32,000 nucleotides of DNA, from NCBI RefSeq assembly GCF_000012905.2, contig NC_007493.2:810001-842000 (forward strand), in the 5' to 3' direction. The notes under the pieces were generated by a model. The model had not been told where the DNA came from. It saw only the letters and a list, made by a program, of their open reading frames with translations, and did no database searches. Source of the DNA: Cereibacter sphaeroides 2.4.1. Its GTDB lineage: Bacteria > Pseudomonadota > Alphaproteobacteria > Rhodobacterales > Rhodobacteraceae. Positions within the stretch are counted from its first letter, which is position 1, and each line of letters opens with the position of its first letter. Positions 1 through 9,240 of the stretch are shown here, in pieces. The translations under genes were made by a program, and so were the position numbers.

Positions 1-1580
1 ATGCGGATCCCCTCGTTGAGGTAGGGGATGATGCAGCGGTTGGCGTAGAAGAAGCGCGCATCGTGGACGACGATGGGCGTCTTGCGGATCTGGCGCACGA
101 AATCGAGCGCCTTGGCCACGGCGCGGTCGCCGGTGGCCTTGCCGCGGATGATCTCGACCAGCATCATCTTGTCCACGGGCGAGAAGAAATGGATGCCGAT
201 GAACTGCGCCGGATCGCGGCTCGCCTTGGCCAACCCCGAGATCGGCAGGGTCGAGGTGTTGGTTGCGAAGATACAGTCGGGCCCGACCGCGGCCTCGACC
301 TTCTGAGTGACCTCGGCCTTCACCGCGGGATCCTCGAACACCGCCTCGACGATCAGATCGCAGCCCGAGAGGGCCGCATAGTCGGTGGTGGCGGCGATCC
401 GGCCCAGCACCTCGGCCTTCTTCTCGGCCGAGACCTTGCCCCGCTTCATCCCCTTGTCGAGGAGACCTTCCGAATGGGACTTGCCGCGGTCGGCCGCCTC
501 CTGCGTCGCGTCGATCAGCACGACCTCGATGCCCGCATTGGCCGCGACATGGGCGATGCCCGCGCCCATCATGCCCGCCCCGATCACGCCCAGCTTCCGG
601 ACCGACTGGTCGGGCAGGGCAGGGCGGACGGCGCCCTTCTCCAGCGCCTCCTTGTTGATGAAGAGCGACCGGATCATCGCCGACGAGGAGGGATTCATCA
701 GCACATGGGTGAACCAGCGCGCCTCGATCTTCAGCGCGGTGTCGAAGGGCACGAGCGCGCCCTCGTAGACCGCGGCGAGCAGGCCCTTGGCCGCCGGATA
801 GACGCCCATCGTCTTGCCCGTCACCATGGCCGAGGCGCCGACGAAGGTCATGAAGCCCGCCGGATGGTAGGGCGCGCCGCCAGGCATCTTGTAGCCCTTG
901 GCGTCCCACGGCTTCACCAGATCCGCGTCCTTCGCGCCGAGCACCCATTCCTTCGCCCGCGGGAGCAGCTGATCGGCCGGCACCACCTCGTCGACGACAC
1001 CCATGGCCTTGGCGCCCTTGGGATCGTTCAGCTTGCCCTCGAGGAGGAGGGGAGCCGCCATCATGGCGCCGAGCCTGCGGACGAGCCGCGTCGTGCCGCC
1101 GCCGCCGGGGAAGATCCCCACCATGATCTCGGGCAGGCCGATCTTGGCCTTGGGATTGTCGGCCGCGATGATGCGGTGGCAGGCCAGCGGCAGCTCGAGC
1201 CCCAGGCCCAGGGCGGTGCCGGGCAGGGCCGCCACGATGGGCTTGCCCCCCTTCAGCGTCTTCGGATCCATGCCCGCGCGCTCGATCCGGCGCAGGACGG
1301 CATGCATCTCCATCACGCCCTCGAACACGGCCCGGGCCGGATCGTCGCCGCCTTCCTCCTTCATGCGGGCGATGACATTGAGATCCATCCCCGCGGCAAA
1401 GTCCTTCTTGCCCGAGGTGAGGATCACGCCCTTGACAGACGGATCGCCGAGCGCCGCGGCGATCAGCCCGTCGAGCTCGGCAAATCCCGCCATCGACATG
1501 ACGTTCATCGACTTGCCCGGCACGTCCCAGGTGATGGTGCAGACCCCGTCCGCGTCGGTCCGGCTGGTGAAATCGGTCAT
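1..1580 (-). CDS. Fatty-acid oxidation multifunctional protein (FadB/FadJ-like). N-terminal enoyl-CoA hydratase fused to a 3-hydroxyacyl-CoA dehydrogenase. The C-terminus runs off the left window edge.
   Basis: The ORF track omits it because there is no stop codon inside the window. My minus-strand translation from ATG 1580-1578 gives MTDFTSRTDADGVCTITWDVPGKSMNVMSMAGFAELD... (crotonase-like). Further on come GVIGAGMMGAGIAHVAA (Rossmann NAD motif) and IHFFSPV. GGGAGGG lies about 7 nt upstream of the ATG, and the start is 14 bp after the thiolase stop. G/C third positions are strong throughout. Confidence 0.85.
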   Translation of the reverse strand, partial: MTDFTSRTDADGVCTITWDVPGKSMNVMSMAGFAELDGLIAAALGDPSVKGVILTSGKKDFAAGMDLNVIARMKEEGGDDPARAVFEGVMEMHAVLRRIERAGMDPKTLKGGKPIVAALPGTALGLGLELPLACHRIIAADNPKAKIGLPEIMVGIFPGGGGTTRLVRRLGAMMAAPLLLEGKLNDPKGAKAMGVVDEVVPADQLLPRAKEWVLGAKDADLVKPWDAKGYKMPGGAPYHPAGFMTFVGASAMVTGKTMGVYPAAKGLLAAVYEGALVPFDTALKIEARWFTHVLMNPSSSAMIRSLFINKEALEKGAVRPALPDQSVRKLGVIGAGMMGAGIAHVAANAGIEVVLIDATQEAADRGKSHSEGLLDKGMKRGKVSAEKKAEVLGRIAATTDYAALSGCDLIVEAVFEDPAVKAEVTQKVEAAVGPDCIFATNTSTLPISGLAKASRDPAQFIGIHFFSPVDKMMLVEIIRGKATGDRAVAKALDFVRQIRKTPIVVHDARFFYANRCIIPYLNEGIR

Positions 1581-1594
1581 CTGGTGGCCCTCCC

Positions 1595-2806
<1,212 letters not shown>

Positions 2807-2819
2807 CTGTCCTCCTCGG

Positions 2820-2872
2820 CCGGATGTCGGGATCCGGCTCTCGTGGTCGGTGCGCGCGCCGCGGGGGCGCGC
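2820..2872 (-). other. Two GC-rich stem-loops in the 70-bp intercistronic spacer between the GFA gene and the thiolase gene
   Basis: CCGGAT (2820-2825) pairs with ATCCGG (2832-2837). GCGCGCC (2854-2860) pairs with GGCGCGC (2866-2872) around a 5-nt loop. No U-tract follows either. Function (mRNA stability, processing or partial termination) is inferred. Confidence 0.35.
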
Positions 2873-2876
2873 CGCG

Positions 2877-3320
2877 TCATTCGTCGGGGGCCTGATGCGA
2901 GACGACCCGGCTCAGAAGCTCGGGCCGCGTGGCCCGGTCGGGCAGGGCCGCGAGACCGCCGAGCCAGCCCACGCGGCCCTCGATCCCGTGGTTGGCGATG
3001 GGGCGGAAGTCGAAGCCCGCCAGCGTGCCCGCCATCAGTTCGGTCGTCTCGTCGCTGCGATAGAAGAGGGGGGTGCCGCAGGTGGCGCAGAAGCCGCGCT
3101 CGGCCACCGAGGACGAGGCCCAGACGGCGGGGGTGCCTTCCCAGACCACGTCGGCGGTTGGCACTTCGAGGAGCGGCGCGAAGGCGTTGCCCGTCGCGCG
3201 CTGGCACATGCGGCAGTGGCAGACCGTCGATTTCTTCGGCCCGGCGGGAACGCTGTAGCGCACCCTGCCGCACTGGCACCCGCCGCGGGCGGCGGGCTCG
3301 TCTCTCCATCCCTCGCGCAT
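2877..3320 (-). CDS. GFA-family protein (glutathione-dependent formaldehyde-activating / CENP-V-like Zn-Cys domain)
   Basis: In frame with track ORF 2877..3536. I place the start at ATG 3320 (MREGWRDEPAARGGCQCGRVRY...), preceded by GGAGGGA. Cys pattern: CQCG ... CHCRMCQRATG ... FCATCGTPLF. Confidence 0.8.
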   Translation of the reverse strand: MREGWRDEPAARGGCQCGRVRYSVPAGPKKSTVCHCRMCQRATGNAFAPLLEVPTADVVWEGTPAVWASSSVAERGFCATCGTPLFYRSDETTELMAGTLAGFDFRPIANHGIEGRVGWLGGLAALPDRATRPELLSRVVSHQAPDE

Positions 3321-3346
3321 CGGTCCCTCCCCGGCCAATCCGTGCT

Positions 3347-5122
3347 TCAGAAGGCTTCGGCGGGCAGTCCCATCACCGGCTCCGCCCCGCTCTCGATCCG
3401 CGCCAGATGCAGCGCGGTCGCGGGCAGGTGCCGCGCCATGTAATAGCGGCCCGTCGCGATCTTGGCCTCGAGCGCGTCGCGGTCGCCGCGGCCCGAATCG
3501 AGCGCCGCCATCGCGGCCCTGGCCATCTGCGCCCACATGTAGCCGAGGCAGAGATGCCCCATCATGGTCATGAAGTCGTAGGAACCTGCCAGCGCCTCGT
3601 CGGGGTTCTTCATCCCCTTCTCGGCGAAGAACATGGCGGCCTTCTGGGTGTCCTTCGAGGCCTGCTTCAGCGGCTCGAGGAAGCCTTTCAGCCGGGCATC
3701 CTCCTCGTTCTCCTTGAGGAAGCTGCGGATCATCTGGAAGAAGGCCATCGCGGGCTTGCCGCCCTCTGCCGCGAGCTTGCGCCCCACGAGGTCGAGCGCC
3801 TGAATGCCGTTCGCGCCCTCGTAGATCATGGCGATCCGCGCGTCGCGGACGAACTGGCTCATGCCGTTCTCCTCGACATAGCCGTGCCCGCCCCAGACCT
3901 GCTGCGCGGCCACCGCGCTTTCCAGACCCTTGTCGGTCTGGAAGCCCTTGATGACCGGCGTCAGCAGCGAGATCAGCCCCTCGGCCTCGGCATCCCCCTG
4001 CCGCACCGAGCGGTCGATGAGCTGCGCGCCCCAGAAGGTCAGCGCGCGCGCGCCCTCGACGAAGCTCTTCTGGTCCATCAGGTTGCGGCGGATGTCGGGA
4101 TGGACGATCAGCGGATCGGCCGGACCGGCCGTCGTGCCCTGACCGGAGAGCGAGCGGCCCTGCAGCCGGTCGCGGGCGTAGGCCACCGCATTCTGATAGG
4201 CGGTCTCGGCCACGGCGTAGCCCTGCAGCCCCACGCCGAGGCGCGCCTCGTTCATCATCGTGAACATGGCGCGCATCCCCTTGTGAAGCTCGCCCAGTAG
4301 CCAGCCCTTCGCGCCGTCGTAGTTCAGCACGCAGGTGGCATTGCCGTGAATGCCCATCTTGTGCTCGATCTTGCCGACAGTGACGTTGTTGCGCTCGCCC
4401 AGCGAGCCGTCCGGGTTCACCAGATATTTCGGCACGATGAAGAGCGAGACGCCCTTCGTCCCCTCGCCGCCGCCCGGGGCCTTGGCCAGCACGAGGTGCA
4501 CGATGTTCTCGGCGAGATCATGGTCGCCCGCCGAGATGAAGATCTTCTCGCCGGTAACGAGATAGGAGCCATCCTCCTGCGGCTCGGCCTTGGTGCGCAT
4601 CATGCCGAGATCCGTGCCCGCATGGGGCTCGGTCAGGTTCATGGTGCCGGTCCAGTCGCAGGTGACCATCTTCGGCAGCCAGGTGCGCTTCTGCTCCTCG
4701 GTGCCGTGGGCATGGATCGCGGAATAGGCGCCGTGGGTCAGGCCCTGATACATGTTGAAGGCCATGTTGGCCGAGACGAAGATCTCGCCCACCGCCGTCT
4801 GCATCACATAGGGCAGGCCCTGACCGCCATACTCCGGGTCGCAGTCGAGCGCGGTCCAGCCGCCTTCCTTGAGCTGGGCGAAGGCCTCGGCGAAGCCCTC
4901 GGGCGTGCGCACCACGCCATTCTCCAGCCGGCAGCCCTGCATGTCGCCCACGCGGTTGAGCGGCGCCAGCACATCGCGGGCGAGCTTGCCCGCCTCTTCC
5001 AGCACGGCGGAGGTGAAGTCGGGCTCCAGCTCGTCATAGCCCGGGATCCCCGAGCCGGAGACCTTCAGCACCTCGTGCAGGATGAACTGCATGTCGGTCA
5101 CGGGCGCATTGTAGATCGGCAT
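3347..5122 (-). CDS. Long acyl-CoA dehydrogenase (591 aa) with a C-terminal extension domain
   Basis: Track ORF. It shows ACAD-type segments: [21 protein letters not shown], and [39 protein letters not shown]. Its start lies 19 bp after the stop of the upstream MerR gene. Confidence 0.93.
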   Translation of the reverse strand: MPIYNAPVTDMQFILHEVLKVSGSGIPGYDELEPDFTSAVLEEAGKLARDVLAPLNRVGDMQGCRLENGVVRTPEGFAEAFAQLKEGGWTALDCDPEYGGQGLPYVMQTAVGEIFVSANMAFNMYQGLTHGAYSAIHAHGTEEQKRTWLPKMVTCDWTGTMNLTEPHAGTDLGMMRTKAEPQEDGSYLVTGEKIFISAGDHDLAENIVHLVLAKAPGGGEGTKGVSLFIVPKYLVNPDGSLGERNNVTVGKIEHKMGIHGNATCVLNYDGAKGWLLGELHKGMRAMFTMMNEARLGVGLQGYAVAETAYQNAVAYARDRLQGRSLSGQGTTAGPADPLIVHPDIRRNLMDQKSFVEGARALTFWGAQLIDRSVRQGDAEAEGLISLLTPVIKGFQTDKGLESAVAAQQVWGGHGYVEENGMSQFVRDARIAMIYEGANGIQALDLVGRKLAAEGGKPAMAFFQMIRSFLKENEEDARLKGFLEPLKQASKDTQKAAMFFAEKGMKNPDEALAGSYDFMTMMGHLCLGYMWAQMARAAMAALDSGRGDRDALEAKIATGRYYMARHLPATALHLARIESGAEPVMGLPAEAF

Positions 5123-5140
5123 TCGTTCCCCCCTTTGCCG

Positions 5141-5536
5141 TTATTCGGCCGCAGCGCGGCGGAAGGCGGCCAGCGCCTCCTCGCCCCAGGCCAGTTGGTC
5201 CTTCAGCTCCGCGATCGCCTCATCGAGCTCGGCGCGCTGCCGCTCCATCTGCTCCAGCCGCTGCTGGGCCACCTGATAGGTGCGCGCCAGTTGCAGTTCC
5301 TGGCTGCCGTCGCGGTCGTAGAGGTCGAGAAGCTGGCGGATCTCCTCGAGGCTGAAGCCGAAGCGCTTGCCGCGCAGGATCAGCTTCAGCCGCGCGCGGT
5401 CGCGCCGCGTGAAAAGGCGGCGCGTGCCGTCCCGGATCGGGAACAGCAGCTCTTTCGACTCGTAAAATCTCAGCGTGCGCGGCGTCACGTCATAGGCGTC
5501 GCACATCTCGCGGATGGTCATCACGTCGCTGGTCAT
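5141..5536 (-). CDS. MerR-family transcriptional regulator (LiuR-like candidate), first gene of the beta-oxidation operon
   Basis: Track ORF 5141..5539 starts at a GTG. The adjacent ATG at 5536 gives MTSDVMTIREMCDAYDVTPRTLRFYE, the same N-terminal length as the paralog at 5661..6041. It has a MerR helix-turn-helix plus a coiled-coil C-terminus. Confidence 0.85.
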   Translation of the reverse strand: MTSDVMTIREMCDAYDVTPRTLRFYESKELLFPIRDGTRRLFTRRDRARLKLILRGKRFGFSLEEIRQLLDLYDRDGSQELQLARTYQVAQQRLEQMERQRAELDEAIAELKDQLAWGEEALAAFRRAAAE

Positions 5537-5608
5537 CACTCTCTCGCAGGCTCTGGACGGGCTTCGACAGCCTTCCAGATGGATCGCCCGGACAGAGATA
5601 CCAGAGTG

Positions 5609-5640
5609 CTTGACGTTGACGTAAACGTGACGTGACGTCA
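5609..5640 (-). promoter_or_regulatory. Candidate operator array: five ACGT cores forming overlapping TGACGT-NN-ACGT half-palindromes, ending in a perfect TGACGTCA
   Basis: Plus strand reads CTTGACGTTGACGTAAACGTGACGTGACGTCA. ACGT cores start at 5613, 5619, 5625, 5630 and 5635. The array lies in the 124-bp gap between the two MerR genes, about 70-100 bp upstream of the operon start. I saw no comparable cluster in the other intergenic regions. Confidence 0.4.
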
Positions 5641-5660
5641 GATCGCCGCGTGACGCTGTG

Positions 5661-6041
5661 TCAGCTTCCGGGGGCCGCCAGTTCCGCCGCCGTCGAGTCC
5701 CGAAGAGCCTGCAGATCGGCGATCGCGACCTCGAGTTCCGCCCTCTGCCGGGCCAGTTCCTTGAGCTGTCGGTCGGCCATCTCGATCCACGCCTCGAGCT
5801 GCGGCCGGGTGCCCTTCTGCTGGTAGATGAGCAGCCACTGGCGGATCTCCTCGAGCCCGAACCCGAAACGGCGCCCGCGCAGGATCAGGGTCATCCGCGC
5901 GATCTCGCGCGGGCCATAGAAGCGGGCTCGGCCCTCCTTCTCGGGCTGCAGAAGCTCGATATATTCGTAGTAGCGCAGGGTCCGCGGCGTGACGTCGAAC
6001 CGGGCGCACATTTCCTTGAAGGTGAGACGGGTATCGGACAT
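5661..6041 (-). CDS. MerR-family transcriptional regulator, tandem paralog
   Basis: In frame with track ORF 5661..6089. I place the start at ATG 6041 (MSDTRLTFKEMCARFDVTPRTLRYYE), preceded by GGAGGAAG. It shares MC..DVTPRTLR.YE and LILRG.RFGF.LEEIRQ with the neighbouring MerR. Confidence 0.85.
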   Translation of the reverse strand: MSDTRLTFKEMCARFDVTPRTLRYYEYIELLQPEKEGRARFYGPREIARMTLILRGRRFGFGLEEIRQWLLIYQQKGTRPQLEAWIEMADRQLKELARQRAELEVAIADLQALRDSTAAELAAPGS

Positions 6042-6148
6042 GGGCTTCCTCCGTGGCCGCACCGTAAGCCGTCGGTCCGGCGGGTGCAATCTGGCCTTGC
6101 GGCCCGCGCGCGATGGGCGATTATGCAGGCCCCTGAAGAAGGTGACCC

Positions 6149-6640
6149 ATGACCGACATCGCGCTCGCCCGCCAGTTCATCGAGGCCATTCCGCACTCTC
6201 GCGCGCTCGCCATGCAGGTCGACGAGATCGGCGCGGGCCGGGCGGTCATCTCGATGCCATGGGACGCGCGCTTCGTGGGCGACCCGTCGACGGGGGTGAT
6301 CCATGGCGGCGCGGTCTCGGCGCTGATGGACACGGCGAGCGGGGCCGCCGTCATGTCGCATCCCGAGGCCGGGGCCACCACGGCCACGCTCGATCTGCGC
6401 ATCGACTACATGCGCCCCGCGGCGCCCGGCCAGCGCATCCGGGCGGTGGCGGAGTGCTACCATGTCACCCGGACCGTGGCCTTCGTGCGGGCCGTGGCCA
6501 CCGACGAGGACGAGACGCGCCCCGTCGCCACCGCGACCGGCGCCTTCACGGTCGAGCGCGCGCGTGCCGCGGCCGGGGATCCGGCCCGCGCCACCGCGGC
6601 CGTGGCGGGCGCCGCCGAAGCCGGGAGGACCGCCGAATGA
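6149..6640 (+). CDS. PaaI-family (hotdog-fold) acyl-CoA thioesterase
   Basis: Track ORF of 163 aa. [20 protein letters not shown] and [12 protein letters not shown] are typical of PaaI/YdiI-type hotdog thioesterases. AAGG lies upstream of the ATG. Confidence 0.8.
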   Translation: MTDIALARQFIEAIPHSRALAMQVDEIGAGRAVISMPWDARFVGDPSTGVIHGGAVSALMDTASGAAVMSHPEAGATTATLDLRIDYMRPAAPGQRIRAVAECYHVTRTVAFVRAVATDEDETRPVATATGAFTVERARAAAGDPARATAAVAGAAEAGRTAE

Positions 6641-7143
6641 CCCGCGCCCAGCCCGAACCCGTCCAGGTGGTCAAGCAGCGGCGCGATGCGGCGCTGCGCG
6701 CGCTCGTCTCGGGGGTGCCCTACATCACCTATCTCGGCATCCAGTTCGACCGGCGCGGCGACGAGTTGACAGCCGTCCTGCCCTTCGACGAGAAGCTGAT
6801 CGGCAATCCGATGCTGCCCGCGATCCACGGCGGCGTGACGGCGGCCTTCCTCGAGGTGGCCTCCATCATCGAGCTCTCCTGGTCGGTCCTCTGGCACGAG
6901 ATGGAGCAGGGGCGGCTCGATCCCGACCAGATCGAGGCCCGGCTGCCGCGGCTGCCGAAGACGATCGATTTCACCGTGGATTACCTCCGCTCCGGCCTGC
7001 CGCGCGACGCCTATGCGCGGGCGCGGGTGAACCGCTCGGGCCGCCGCTATGCCAGCGTCCATGTCGAGGCCTGGCAGGACAACCGCCTGCGGCCCTTCGC
7101 ACAGGCCACGGGGCACTTCCTGATGCCTGCGCGGAATGACTGA
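6637..7143 (+). CDS. Second PaaI-family (hotdog-fold) thioesterase
   Basis: In frame with track ORF 5989..7143. The ATG at 6637 overlaps the previous stop (ATGA) and follows GGGAGGA. Motifs: [20 protein letters not shown] and [11 protein letters not shown]. Confidence 0.75.
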   Translation: MTRAQPEPVQVVKQRRDAALRALVSGVPYITYLGIQFDRRGDELTAVLPFDEKLIGNPMLPAIHGGVTAAFLEVASIIELSWSVLWHEMEQGRLDPDQIEARLPRLPKTIDFTVDYLRSGLPRDAYARARVNRSGRRYASVHVEAWQDNRLRPFAQATGHFLMPARND

Positions 7144-8470
7144 CACCCCGGCGGTCGCGCCGCCCGAGCTCACCCATGCCCGCATCCTGCGGATGGCGCT
7201 GCCCATCGTGATCTCGAACGCGACCGTGCCGCTGCTGGGCGCGGTCGACACAGGCGTGGTGGGCCAGCTCGGGCAGGCGGCCCCCATCGGGGCGGTGGGG
7301 CTCGGCGCCGTGGTGCTGGCCACGCTCTACTGGATCTTCTCCTTCCTGCGCATGGGCACCTCGGGGCTGGCCGCACAGGCCCATGGCGCGGGCGATGAGG
7401 CCGAACGGTCGGCCATCCTCCTGCGCTCGCTTCTGATCGGGCTCGCGGCCGGGCTCTGCTTCATCCTGCTGCAGCTGCCGGTGATCTGGGCCACCTTCCG
7501 CGTGGCGCCCGCCTCGGCCGAGGTCGAGGCGCTGACGCGCACCTATCTCTCGATCCGGATCTGGGGGGCGCCCGCGACCATCGGCCTCTATGCCGTCACC
7601 GGCTGGCTCGTGGCGCTCGAGCGGACGCGGGGCATCCTCGTCCTCCAGCTCTGGATGAACGGGCTGAACATCGGGCTCGACCTGCTGTTCGTGCTGGGGC
7701 TGGGCTATGGCGTGGGCGGCGTGGCGGTGGCCACGCTGATCGCGGAATGGACGGGCCTCGCGCTCGGGCTCTGGCTCTGCCGCGACGCCTTCGGCCCGGT
7801 GCTGGCCGCGGCGCGCGCGCGCCTCGCCGATGCCGAGGCGATCCGGCGGATGCTGGGCGTGAACCGGGACATCATGATCCGTTCGGTGCTGCTTCAGGGC
7901 AGCTTCACCGCCTTCGTCTTCCTCGGCGCGGGTTTCGGCGACGTGACGCTGGCCGCGAACCAGGTGCTTCTGCAGTTCCTCGAGGTCTCGGCCTATGCGC
8001 TGGATGGATTCGCCTTCGCGGCCGAGGCGCTGGTCGGGCAGGCGGTGGGCGCGCGCTCGGTCGGCCGGGTGCGGCGGGCCTCGATCATGCTCGGCCAGTG
8101 GGGCGCGGGCGGGGCCGCGTTGATCGCGCTCGGGATCGCGCTCTTCGGCCCGGCGGTCATCGACCTGATCTCGACCGCGCCCGAGGTGCGGGCCGAGGCC
8201 CGGGCCTATCTGCCCTGGCTCGTTGCCGCGCCGCTGATCGGGGTGGCGAGCTGGATCTTCGACGGCATCTTCATCGGCGCCACCCGGACGCGCGAGATGA
8301 TGCAGGCCATCATCGTTTCGGTCACACTCTACGGGCTGGCTCTGCTGCTCTTCGTGCCGCTCCTCGGCAACCATGGGCTCTGGGCCGCGCTCGCGGTCCT
8401 GAACGCGGCCCGCGGCGTCACCATGGCCCTTCTCTATCCGCGGGTAGAGCGGTCGGCGGCGCGCGTCTGA
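7136..8470 (+). CDS. MATE-family efflux transporter (DinF/NorM-like)
   Basis: Track ORF of 444 aa. It is multi-spanning and hydrophobic, with a MATE-type N-terminus (ILRMALPIVISNATVPLLGAVDTGVVGQLG). It overlaps the thioesterase stop by 8 nt. Confidence 0.92.
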   Translation: MTDTPAVAPPELTHARILRMALPIVISNATVPLLGAVDTGVVGQLGQAAPIGAVGLGAVVLATLYWIFSFLRMGTSGLAAQAHGAGDEAERSAILLRSLLIGLAAGLCFILLQLPVIWATFRVAPASAEVEALTRTYLSIRIWGAPATIGLYAVTGWLVALERTRGILVLQLWMNGLNIGLDLLFVLGLGYGVGGVAVATLIAEWTGLALGLWLCRDAFGPVLAAARARLADAEAIRRMLGVNRDIMIRSVLLQGSFTAFVFLGAGFGDVTLAANQVLLQFLEVSAYALDGFAFAAEALVGQAVGARSVGRVRRASIMLGQWGAGGAALIALGIALFGPAVIDLISTAPEVRAEARAYLPWLVAAPLIGVASWIFDGIFIGATRTREMMQAIIVSVTLYGLALLLFVPLLGNHGLWAALAVLNAARGVTMALLYPRVERSAARV

Positions 8471-8481
8471 CCCGCCGAGGG

Positions 8482-9240
8482 TCAGCGCACGAAACGGAAG
8501 GCGGCCGAGGCGCCCCAGCCCGCGGCCACGGCCATCACGAGCGACAGGAGCCCGTAGATCAGAGGCTGCTCGTGGGCGAGCGCATGGATGAAGCGCTCGA
8601 CCCCCGCCTTCTGCACGCCGATCGAATCCTCGAACATGTCGACCACATGGCCGTCGCGGGTGAGAAACACCCGCACGTCGTAATTGCCTTCGATCAGGTT
8701 CGCGGGCAGCTGCACGTCGGTGCGGAAGAGCGTGCCCCCCGTCACCCGCACCATGCCCTCGGCCATCACATACCGGTCCTCGCGGGTGCGGATCCGCTCC
8801 AGCGCCTCGACGAAGCTCGGCGCATTCTCGGCCTGTGCGCTGATGCCGATGGCGCGGATCGCGCGCGGGATGGTGATCTTGTAGCGCAGATTGTCGGTGG
8901 CCGAGAGCACCTCGCCGATCGGACCCGACGTGGCCACCGCATAGAAGCTCGGCGCGCGGCCGATCCGCACCTTCTCGCGGTTGATCCAGATGCCGAGGCG
9001 GCGCTCCTTCTTGCGCACCATGACCTGCGTGGGCGGGCCCGAGACCGTGACGATCACGCCGAGATCGCCGTCGGGCTCGGGGCTGTAGCGCTGCACCGCG
9101 CCATAGATCATGATCTGCGATCCCTGAAAGTCGGCGGTGATCGCCACCCGCGTCTCGGACAGGCCGAGCACGATGCGCTCGTCCTGCGCCAGCGCGGCCG
9201 GGGCGCAGAGGGCGAGGATCAGGACGAGCAGGCGGATCAC
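8482..9240 (-). CDS. Conserved alphaproteobacterial membrane-anchored protein (TIGR02186-like), with a signal peptide and a C-terminal TM helix
   Basis: This is the C-terminal 252 codons of track ORF 8482..10191. The GTG start at 9240 overlaps the TauE stop (GTGA). The N-terminus VIRLLVLILALCAPAALAQDE is a signal peptide, and the C-terminal helix is LIYGLLSLVMAVAAGWGASAAF. The family name is recalled from memory. Confidence 0.7.
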   Translation of the reverse strand: MIRLLVLILALCAPAALAQDERIVLGLSETRVAITADFQGSQIMIYGAVQRYSPEPDGDLGVIVTVSGPPTQVMVRKKERRLGIWINREKVRIGRAPSFYAVATSGPIGEVLSATDNLRYKITIPRAIRAIGISAQAENAPSFVEALERIRTREDRYVMAEGMVRVTGGTLFRTDVQLPANLIEGNYDVRVFLTRDGHVVDMFEDSIGVQKAGVERFIHALAHEQPLIYGLLSLVMAVAAGWGASAAFRFVR

